In this document: in pieces, positions 57,158 through 64,000 of the stretch
Numbering within the stretch: the first letter of the stretch is position 1
Layout of the letters: each line of letters begins with the position of its first letter
From: a virus
Direction: 5' to 3' (one strand)
IMG/VR virus record: IMGVR_UViG_3300043446_003177
Span: 108,233-172,232 of that record
DNA: 64,000 bases
Notes under the pieces: generated by a model
Databases searched by the model: none
Told to the model about the DNA's origin: nothing
The model's input: the letters and a program-made list of their open reading frames with translations, nothing else
Translations under genes and position numbers: made by a program

Positions 57158-57374
57158 TAAAGTAATTGAAGCTTTTAGGCATCTTAAAGAAGATGGCGTT
57201 CCAACAATGAATACTGCTAGTACTGCAGGTAAAGCGGGATTCGGTGGAAGTGCTCAAGGATTTGACCCTGGACCAACTGCTGGTTTTGATCCAAAGATGG
57301 GTGGTGTAAGAAAAAGATATGCTAAAGGTGGAAGAGACTCCAGAAAAAAATGGTTGGACTACTTAAAGAAGTAG
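57138..57374 (+). CDS. 78-aa protein carrying a copy of the gp23 N-terminal arm
   Basis: AGFGGSAQGFDPGPTAGFDP versus gp23 AGFGGSAQGFSAGPTAGFDP. Confidence 0.8.
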   Translation: MDKTKLDKVIEAFRHLKEDGVPTMNTASTAGKAGFGGSAQGFDPGPTAGFDPKMGGVRKRYAKGGRDSRKKWLDYLKK

Positions 57375-57386
57375 CAGGTAAGAAAA

Positions 57387-57737
57387 ATGTTCAGCAACGA
57401 CTCAAAAATTCAATTAGCAGTGCTTCAGGAAAGATTTAAGGCACACGAACAGATTATTGAGAAAGTTGATACTGCTATTCAAACCTTAAGTGAAACGAAT
57501 CAAAATATTTGCAAGATGTTAACAGTTCATGATGAGCGTTTAGCACAATGTACTAAAGATGATGGAGAACTTTGTAAAAAAGTCGAAGATATTGAAAGTA
57601 GAATAGATAGTCTTTATAAGTTTAGATGGCAGATTGGCGGAGTCATTGCTGTTGCTGCTGTAGTTATTGGATTACTCCCATCAATTTCAACTATCTTTAA
57701 TCCTCCTTCTGCTGCTACAATAGAAAGAACAAAATAA
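57387..57737 (+). CDS. Coiled-coil protein with C-terminal transmembrane helix (XhlA/holin-like)
   Basis: Heptad region then RWQIGGVIAVAAVVIGLL. Confidence 0.65.
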   Translation: MFSNDSKIQLAVLQERFKAHEQIIEKVDTAIQTLSETNQNICKMLTVHDERLAQCTKDDGELCKKVEDIESRIDSLYKFRWQIGGVIAVAAVVIGLLPSISTIFNPPSAATIERTK

Positions 57738-57782
57738 TAAGCTTTAACCTAAATAATGTAAGATCGGGCACATTGTTGCCTT

Positions 57783-57890
57783 ATGAAAACTAAAAAGAAA
57801 CCGACTAATTACTCTCTACATAAACTTACAAATTCCGTTATAAAGTGGACAGGAATTATAACCGTTTTATGCCTTGACAAGCAGAGATAG
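57783..57890 (+). CDS. Possible 35-aa late peptide (MKTKKKPTNYSLHKLTNSVIKWTGIITVLCLDKQR)
   Basis: CTAAATA 57749-57755 upstream; no clear SD. Confidence 0.35.
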   Translation: MKTKKKPTNYSLHKLTNSVIKWTGIITVLCLDKQR

Positions 57891-57901
57891 TCTGGTATAA
57901 T
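57874..57901 (+). promoter_or_regulatory. Sigma70-type early promoter for primase-nrdAB
   Basis: TTGACA-16 nt-TATAAT with extended -10 TG. Confidence 0.8.
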
Positions 57902-57924
57902 TAAGGGACTGGTGCTATAAGATT

Positions 57925-58896
57925 ATGGATTTTGTTGATGTGAAATACATCAATTTGATTTCTATCAGACTTCAAAAGTTTAAAAAAGTAAAAGATAATC
58001 TTTATAATTTTAGATGTCCTATTTGTGGAGATTCTGAAAGAAGCAAAAATAAAGCAAGAGGATATCTTTATCGAGTTAAGAATAATACAAATTTCAAATG
58101 CCATAATTGCGGCGTAAATATATCCTTTAATAACTTTTTAAAGAAAGTAGATAGCGAAGTATATAAGCAATATACATTTGAAAAATTTAAAGAAGGTAAC
58201 ACTGGAAAAAACTTTGTAGTAGAAGAACCAAAATTTAATTTTGAATCTCCTAAGTTTAAACAAAAATTAGATCTACCTAAAGCATCGTCAAATTCTGACG
58301 CAAAAAAATATCTTGAAAGTAGAAAATTAAACCCAGATAACTATTATTACACCGAAAAATTTAAGGAGTGGACAAATTCTTTCAAATTGATATTTGATGA
58401 TACAAGTAAAGATGAACCAAGAATAATTATTCCTTTGTTCTATCAAAATAGACTTGTTGGTTATCAGGGAAGATCTTTACTTCACCATTCTAAAATTAAA
58501 TATATAACGATCATGTTGGAGGACCAAGCTCCAAAAATTTATGGAATTGATAATCTTAAAAAAGAGGAGACGATTTATGTTACCGAAGGCCCATTTGACT
58601 CAACTTTCATTCCAAACGCGATTGCTCTTTGTGGAGCTGACGGTGATCTTAGTAAGTGGGGCATTAGCAATCCTGTGTGGATCTATGATAACGAACCACG
58701 TAATTCAGAAATCGTCTCCAGATATGCCTCTACCATCGCTAGAGGAGAAAAAATCGTCATCTGGCCAAATAGTATAAAAGAAAAAGACATTAATGAAATG
58801 ATATTGTCTGGACTTGAAGTTCAGTCCGTGATAGAATCAAATACTTATTCTGGATTAGAAGCAAAACTTAAATTCACCACTTGGAAGAAAATATGA
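57925..58896 (+). CDS. gp61: DNA primase gp61
   Basis: CPICGDS...CHNCG zinc finger; TOPRIM EGPFDS, YDNEPRN. Confidence 0.96.
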   Translation: MDFVDVKYINLISIRLQKFKKVKDNLYNFRCPICGDSERSKNKARGYLYRVKNNTNFKCHNCGVNISFNNFLKKVDSEVYKQYTFEKFKEGNTGKNFVVEEPKFNFESPKFKQKLDLPKASSNSDAKKYLESRKLNPDNYYYTEKFKEWTNSFKLIFDDTSKDEPRIIIPLFYQNRLVGYQGRSLLHHSKIKYITIMLEDQAPKIYGIDNLKKEETIYVTEGPFDSTFIPNAIALCGADGDLSKWGISNPVWIYDNEPRNSEIVSRYASTIARGEKIVIWPNSIKEKDINEMILSGLEVQSVIESNTYSGLEAKLKFTTWKKI

Positions 58897-61190
58897 GCAA
58901 CGGTACAAAAGTAAAAAAAAGAGATGGAAGAATTGAGTCTCTAGATTTGAATAAAATGCACTTGATGGTTGATGAAGCATGTAAAGGACTTGCTGGAGTC
59001 TCTGCAAGTCAAGTTGAAATGACTTCTGGAATCCAATTTTATGATGGTATTACTACCGCAGAAATTCAGGAAATTCTGATTCGTTCTGCTTCTGATCTAA
59101 TTGATTTGGATCATCCCAACTATCAGTTTGTTGCTGCCCGTCTTCTTTTATTTGCTGTTCGTAAGCAACTTTATGGAAAGATGAAGGAACTCCCTGCTCT
59201 CGACCAACACATTTATCAATGTGTTAATGCAGAGGTATATGATGCTGAGATTTATAGTAAATATTCAAAAGAAGAAATTGAGAAAGCTGATAGTTACATT
59301 GATCATGACCGTGACTATTTGTTCACTTATGCAGGTCTACGTCAAGTCGTTGATAAATACCTCGTGCAGGATAGAAGCACTGGAGGTGTTTATGAAACAC
59401 CACAGTTTATGTACATGATGATTGCTCTGACTATCTTTGCAGAATATCCTAAAGATACAAGAATGTCATATGTTCGGAGGTACTATGACGCAATCTCCAA
59501 ACACAAAATCAACATTCCAACTCCCATCATGGCGGGAGTGCGGACGCCACTGCGACAATTTGCTAGTTGTGTTCTTGTTGATGTTGATGACACCCTCGAT
59601 AGCATCGGTAGTAGCGATTTGGCTATTATGCGCTATGTTGCTCAAAGGGCGGGCATCGGTATCAACGCAGGCAGAATCCGTGGTATCAACAGCAAAATCA
59701 GAGGCGGAGAAGTTGCTCATACTGGGGTTGTCCCATTCCTCAAGAAGTTTGAAGCAACTGTCCGATGCTGTACACAGAATGGCATCAGAGGTGGAAGCGC
59801 AACGGTCCACTTCCCAATTTGGCACCAAGAAATAGAAGATATTTTGGTTCTTAAGAATAACAAGGGAACGGAAGATAATCGCGTCCGCAAACTTGATTAT
59901 TCAATTCAGATTAGTAAGTTGTTCTATGAAAGATTTATTCAAGACGGTGAGATCACACTTTTCTCCCCACATGATGTACCTGGACTTTATGATTCTTTTG
60001 GACTCTCTAGTTTTGATGAGCTCTACTGTGCATATGAAAAGGATTCGTCCATTCCGAAGAAAACTGTTAAAGCGCAAGAACTCATTTTTAATCTACTCAA
60101 AGAACGCGCTGAAACGGGTCGTATCTATATCATGAATATAGATCATTGCAATTCTCACTCTTCATTTAAAGATAAAATTGAGATGAGCAATTTGTGTCAG
60201 GAAATTACTCTCCCCACTTATCCCATTCAGCATATTGATGATGAAAGTGGAGAAATTGCACTTTGCATTCTTTCCGCTATTAATGTTGGTAAAGTCAAAT
60301 CTGATGATGAACTTGAAGATCTTTGTGATCTTTCTGTCCGTGGTCTGGATGAGTTGATTGACTATCAGAAATACCCCGTAGCGGCGGCGGAAATCGCCAC
60401 TAAGGCACGTCGTTCGCTTGGTATAGGGTTTATTGGTCTTGCTCACTATTTGGCTAAATTGGGGTTCAAGTATGATTCTCAGGAAGCCTGGGATGCAGTC
60501 CATGGACTTTCTGAATCATTCCAATATTACCTTCTCAAGGCTTCTAACGAACTCGCTAAAGAAAAGGGACATTGTGGTAATTTTGGACGCACAAAATACG
60601 CAGATGGTATTCTGCCCATTGATACATACAAGAGTGATGTAGATGAAATTTCTTCTGTAGAATATCAGCATGATTGGGAAAGTCTTAGAGCATCCATCTT
60701 GGCTCACGGTCTCAGGCACTCAACACTGTCCGCACAAATGCCTTCAGAGAGCAGTTCCGTTGTGTCAAATGCAACCAACGGAATCGAACCACCTCGCGGA
60801 TACTTGTCCATTAAGAAGTCGAAGAAGGGTCCGCTCAAGCAGATTGTTCCTCAGTACCAAACTCTTAAGAACAATTATACGTTGCTTTGGGATATGCCTG
60901 GGAATACTGGTTATATTAATATTGTTGCAGTTATGCAGAAATTCTTCGATCAAGCAATTTCTGGAAACTGGTCCTATAATCCGGAACATTACCAAGATAA
61001 TGAAATTCCTATTAGTGTGATGGCCAATGATTTCTTGACTACATACAAGTACGGGTGGAAAACTTCTTACTACCAAAATACAAATGATATGAAAAATGAT
61101 GAGGTAGAAGAAGAAAAACCCAATCTTCAAGATTTGCTCAATGAGTTAAGTTCAGTAGAGGAGGGAGAGTGTGAATCCTGTGCAGTTTAA
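58893..61190 (+). CDS. nrdA: Ribonucleotide reductase class Ia alpha subunit
   Basis: ATP cone VKKRDG, SCVL, SNLCQEI, C-terminal CESC; ATG 58893. Confidence 0.97.
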   Translation: MSNGTKVKKRDGRIESLDLNKMHLMVDEACKGLAGVSASQVEMTSGIQFYDGITTAEIQEILIRSASDLIDLDHPNYQFVAARLLLFAVRKQLYGKMKELPALDQHIYQCVNAEVYDAEIYSKYSKEEIEKADSYIDHDRDYLFTYAGLRQVVDKYLVQDRSTGGVYETPQFMYMMIALTIFAEYPKDTRMSYVRRYYDAISKHKINIPTPIMAGVRTPLRQFASCVLVDVDDTLDSIGSSDLAIMRYVAQRAGIGINAGRIRGINSKIRGGEVAHTGVVPFLKKFEATVRCCTQNGIRGGSATVHFPIWHQEIEDILVLKNNKGTEDNRVRKLDYSIQISKLFYERFIQDGEITLFSPHDVPGLYDSFGLSSFDELYCAYEKDSSIPKKTVKAQELIFNLLKERAETGRIYIMNIDHCNSHSSFKDKIEMSNLCQEITLPTYPIQHIDDESGEIALCILSAINVGKVKSDDELEDLCDLSVRGLDELIDYQKYPVAAAEIATKARRSLGIGFIGLAHYLAKLGFKYDSQEAWDAVHGLSESFQYYLLKASNELAKEKGHCGNFGRTKYADGILPIDTYKSDVDEISSVEYQHDWESLRASILAHGLRHSTLSAQMPSESSSVVSNATNGIEPPRGYLSIKKSKKGPLKQIVPQYQTLKNNYTLLWDMPGNTGYINIVAVMQKFFDQAISGNWSYNPEHYQDNEIPISVMANDFLTTYKYGWKTSYYQNTNDMKNDEVEEEKPNLQDLLNELSSVEEGECESCAV

Positions 61191-62355
61191 AATTTCTTCC
61201 ACAGAAGAACATAAAATTAAAGGAATGACGGTTTTTAATACCGAAAAAGTGGATACCAAAAAGCAACCTATGTTTTTTGGAAAACCTCTAGGAATACAAA
61301 GATACGATTCATACAAATATCCCATCTTTGAAAAACTAACTACTCAACAATTAGGATACTTCTGGAGACCCGAAGAGGTGTCTCTCCAGAAGGATCGTGG
61401 AGATTATCAAACTTTACGTCCTGAGCAGAAGCATATCTATACTTCCAATTTGAAGTATCAGATCATGCTTGATTCTGTTCAGGGTCGTGGTCCTGGTATG
61501 GCTTTTATTCCATACTGTTCCCTTCCTGAGTTGGAAGCATGTATGGAAGTGTGGGGATTTATGGAAATGATCCATTCCCGTTCATACACTTATATCATCA
61601 AGAACGTCTATTCAGACCCTTCTGAGGTGTTTGATACTATCATCAGTGACGAGCGGATTCTAGAGCGTTCTAGGAGCGTCACAGAGTCTTATGATGACTT
61701 TATTCGATCAGCCCAAAATTATGGAACATCCAATGAATGGATGTATCAACTTGAAGGAGTCACAAACGCAAAGGAAACCCTCAATGACGTTAAAAGAAAA
61801 CTCTATAGAGCAGTCGCAAACGTTAATATTCTTGAAGGTATTCGGTTCTACGTTAGTTTTGCTTGCTCTTTCGCCTTTGGTGAACTTAAGCTTATGGAAG
61901 GATCAGCTAAGATCATCTCTCTTATCGCAAGAGACGAAAATCAACACTTAGCAATCACTCAAAATATTCTTAATAAGTGGCGTGATGGTGATGATCCTGA
62001 AATGAAACAGATTGCTAAGGAAGAAGAAGAATGGGTTTATAAGATGTTTGATCGTGCTGTAAATGAAGAGAAGAAGTGGGCAGATTATTTGTTTAAAGAT
62101 GGAAGTATGATTGGACTTAATGATAAACTTCTTCAACAATATGTTGAGTGGATTGCAAACAGAAGACTTAAGGCAATTGGTCTCAAACCAGTTTATGATA
62201 TTGCCGCAAATAACAATCCACTTCCATGGACTCAGCACTGGATTTCTTCCAAAGGTCTTCAGGTTGCTCCACAGGAAACGGAGGTAGAATCATACGTTGT
62301 AGGTGGAATCAAACAAGATGTTACCAAAAATACTTTTTCAGGATTCAAATTATGA
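61171..62355 (+). CDS. nrdB: Ribonucleotide reductase class Ia beta subunit
   Basis: FWRPEE, LDSVQG, EMIHSRSY, EGIRFY, RDENQH. Confidence 0.97.
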   Translation: MNPVQFKISSTEEHKIKGMTVFNTEKVDTKKQPMFFGKPLGIQRYDSYKYPIFEKLTTQQLGYFWRPEEVSLQKDRGDYQTLRPEQKHIYTSNLKYQIMLDSVQGRGPGMAFIPYCSLPELEACMEVWGFMEMIHSRSYTYIIKNVYSDPSEVFDTIISDERILERSRSVTESYDDFIRSAQNYGTSNEWMYQLEGVTNAKETLNDVKRKLYRAVANVNILEGIRFYVSFACSFAFGELKLMEGSAKIISLIARDENQHLAITQNILNKWRDGDDPEMKQIAKEEEEWVYKMFDRAVNEEKKWADYLFKDGSMIGLNDKLLQQYVEWIANRRLKAIGLKPVYDIAANNNPLPWTQHWISSKGLQVAPQETEVESYVVGGIKQDVTKNTFSGFKL

Positions 62356-62479
62356 TGAATGGGTTGAACAGAATATCATAAACGCTTATAAAGAAGCGGC
62401 AGAATGTGATGAATATTTGTTTGGTGATTATGACTATGAAACTGAATGGTTAGGAAAAAATCACAATGACGTTGTATAG
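62318..62479 (+). CDS. 53-aa acidic hypothetical protein overlapping nrdB end, not in track
   Basis: MLPKILFQDSNYDEWVEQNIINAYKEAAECDEYLFGDYDYETEWLGKNHNDVV. Confidence 0.5.
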   Translation: MLPKILFQDSNYDEWVEQNIINAYKEAAECDEYLFGDYDYETEWLGKNHNDVV

Positions 62480-62483
62480 ATAA

Positions 62484-62506
62484 AGGAGGTAACCCCTCCT
62501 TTTTTT
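62484..62506 (+). terminator. Intrinsic terminator
   Basis: AGGAGG-TAACC-CCTCCT plus T-run. Confidence 0.7.
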
Positions 62507-62668
62507 ATGTCTAAAAATCAATTAACCAAAGATGAAATGAAAGTACGTGTTTTAAAATTAAAGCACGATCTGCATGTCGAGCATATTAGGCATGATATGG
62601 ATATGAAAGGCCTTGCCCATAAATATCTGAATCAAGTTCTTGATATATTAGATGAATATAGATATTGA
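62507..62668 (+). CDS. 53-aa hypothetical protein, not in track
   Basis: MSKNQLTKDEMKVRVLKLKHDLHVEHIRHDMDMKGLAHKYLNQVLDILDEYRY. Confidence 0.6.
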   Translation: MSKNQLTKDEMKVRVLKLKHDLHVEHIRHDMDMKGLAHKYLNQVLDILDEYRY

Positions 62669-63095
62669 CTATGAAAACCCTTGGACCTATAATGGAAAGG
62701 TATTTGGTTCAGGTGATATTCAAGATTATTTTGGTTTTGTTTATCATATTCACTGCAATCAAACTGGTCGTGACTATATTGGTCGAAAGTATTTCTGGAG
62801 TTTCCGCACACCAAGAGGAAAATCTAGAAAAGTTAAGTCAGAGTCTGATTGGAAAAAATACTATGGATCATGTCCAGAACTCAAGGAAGACGTAGATAAG
62901 TATGGTAGGGAGAATTTTACGCGCACTATTTTATCATTACATAAAACAAAAGGCAAAACTAATTTTGAAGAAACAAGACAACTTTTCTTCAATAATGTCC
63001 TCACGGAAGCACTTGACGACGGAACCCCGAGGTACTACAATAGCAACATCCTCAACAGGTACTTCCGAAAAGATTATTATGGAAACACAGACTGA
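62652..63095 (+). CDS. GIY-YIG-family nuclease-like protein
   Basis: GFVY-x10-YIG, WKKYYGS, conserved E and YN. Confidence 0.8.
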   Translation: MNIDIDYENPWTYNGKVFGSGDIQDYFGFVYHIHCNQTGRDYIGRKYFWSFRTPRGKSRKVKSESDWKKYYGSCPELKEDVDKYGRENFTRTILSLHKTKGKTNFEETRQLFFNNVLTEALDDGTPRYYNSNILNRYFRKDYYGNTD

Positions 63096-63276
63096 AGATA
63101 TTATCGGTCATGTTCGTGAATGGGCAATCGAAAAATTGCACCAAACAGCATCTTACAATAGAAAAAATGCTGAAGCTATTTCTCAAGAATTTTATGAATG
63201 GATTTATCTGGATGAATCTCAAGAACAATTAGAAGTTATGAGTTTGGAAAAAGTCGAAGATGATTATTTTGACTAG
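63079..63276 (+). CDS. 65-aa acidic hypothetical protein
   Basis: METQTEDIIGHVREWAIEKL...; ATG 63079 preferred to track start 62902. Confidence 0.6.
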   Translation: METQTEDIIGHVREWAIEKLHQTASYNRKNAEAISQEFYEWIYLDESQEQLEVMSLEKVEDDYFD

Positions 63277-63281
63277 GACTC

Positions 63282-63310
63282 TTTACTTTTTCTAAATAAT
63301 CACTTATAAT
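63282..63310 (+). promoter_or_regulatory. Overlapping early (TTTACT-17 nt-TATAAT) and late (CTAAATA 63292) promoters
   Basis: Sequence match and spacing. Confidence 0.5.
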
Positions 63311-63438
63311 GTAAGAACCCACCTATGGTGGGTTTTCTGTTATGAGTCATTGAGGTGACAATTAGAGCCTAGGAGATTGCCCCTTGAGAAAGGGGAAGTG
63401 CGCTTTCTCTATTAGGATGTAGAGTTCAATCGGAGTTA

Positions 63439-64000
63439 ATGCAAAATTTCTTTACAGTAGCCCTGCCTCTTGTGGCAACGGTTACAACCAATGTGGCAAC
63501 ACTGCCTTCAGTGTTTCCTCCTCCGCCCGTAAATGGTCCTCCATTTGCAATTATTCAGGAGGAGCCTACATCAAAGACAGCGACCAAAGAGGTTGCTCCC
63601 GAAAAACCTAAAGAGACAAGGTTAATTTGTAAAGGGTGTAATGAACATGAGAATGCTACCCTGGCATACTTCCAGGATCGTGGTATTAAAGACAAAAACG
63701 CCCTTGCTACCATCATGGGTAACATTAGACAAGAATCAACATTCGTGCCTAATATCTGTGAAGGTGGTAGTAGAACCTCATACTATAATTGTGGAAGAGG
63801 TTATGGTTTGATACAATTTACTTCTGCTTCTCGTTATTATGGACTGGGTGCTTTTGCTAAAAAAATAGGAGGCAATCCTTCTACTGCTGATACTCAACTT
63901 CGGTATATTACTACTGAACCACAATGGAAGAGTATTGAAAACAGAATGAGAGTTTCTGGAAAATCTATTGATAGGTATATGAATTATGCCTACGAATGGA
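63439..64000 (+). CDS. Lysozyme-like muramidase (phage tail lysozyme family) with N-terminal signal/anchor; truncated by window end; not in track
   Basis: SD GGAG; MQNFFTVALPLVATV...ALATIMGNIRQES...GYGLIQF. Confidence 0.85.
   Translation, partial: MQNFFTVALPLVATVTTNVATLPSVFPPPPVNGPPFAIIQEEPTSKTATKEVAPEKPKETRLICKGCNEHENATLAYFQDRGIKDKNALATIMGNIRQESTFVPNICEGGSRTSYYNCGRGYGLIQFTSASRYYGLGAFAKKIGGNPSTADTQLRYITTEPQWKSIENRMRVSGKSIDRYMNYAYEW

Noticed and set aside
15356-62355. Introns or inteins in gp17, gp43, gp41, nrdA, nrdB
   Set aside because: All are continuous ORFs of normal length with no splicing motifs seen.
1752-62814. Many minus-strand and alternate-frame ORFs in the track (e.g. 2133-2693, 34913-35842, 36563-37432, 38601-39866)
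   Set aside because: They shadow well-supported + strand genes, have no recognisable motifs and are explained by codon bias.
62902-63078. N-terminal extension of the 124-aa track ORF
   Set aside because: It overlaps the GIY-YIG gene out of frame; ATG 63079 fits the gene packing.
1-64000. CRISPR arrays, rRNA, IS elements, integrase, photosystem genes, alternative genetic code
   Set aside because: None seen; core genes translate fully with the standard code and use all three stop codons.

Overview
A 64-kb segment of a T4-like (Kyanoviridae-type) cyanomyophage genome, probably freshwater and AT-rich, with essentially all genes on the + strand. 1-27 kb is the virion module: end of gp8, a 2475-aa VrlC-like protein, gp13-gp23 and gp3. 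27-62 kb is the replication and recombination module: uvsY, uvsW, gp55, gp47/46, VWA/CobS, gp45/44/62, regA, hsp20, gp43, uvsX, gp41, mazG, primase and nrdAB, plus one tRNA-Ala(UGC). The window ends in a partial lysozyme gene. Cassettes with T4-type late promoters ((T/A/C)TAAATA) are scattered through both modules. Highlights: (1) a 78-aa late protein carrying an 18/20-residue copy of the predicted mature N-terminal arm of the major capsid protein, behind its own predicted prohead-protease site; (2) a set of late proteins with T4-like capsid-targeting sequences (MK[TS]FxxF..E) and modular, Glu-punctuated polyprotein architecture, i.e. a candidate packaged and injected payload system including a T3-type SAM-lyase domain and a nucleotidyltransferase; (3) several candidate regulatory elements, namely a ROSE-like thermometer on hsp20, a pseudoknotted small RNA after regA, a back-to-back promoter pair at gp55 and a structured lysozyme leader; (4) an unannotated NblA-like micro-ORF. 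All family calls come from motif recognition and synteny; no database searches were run.
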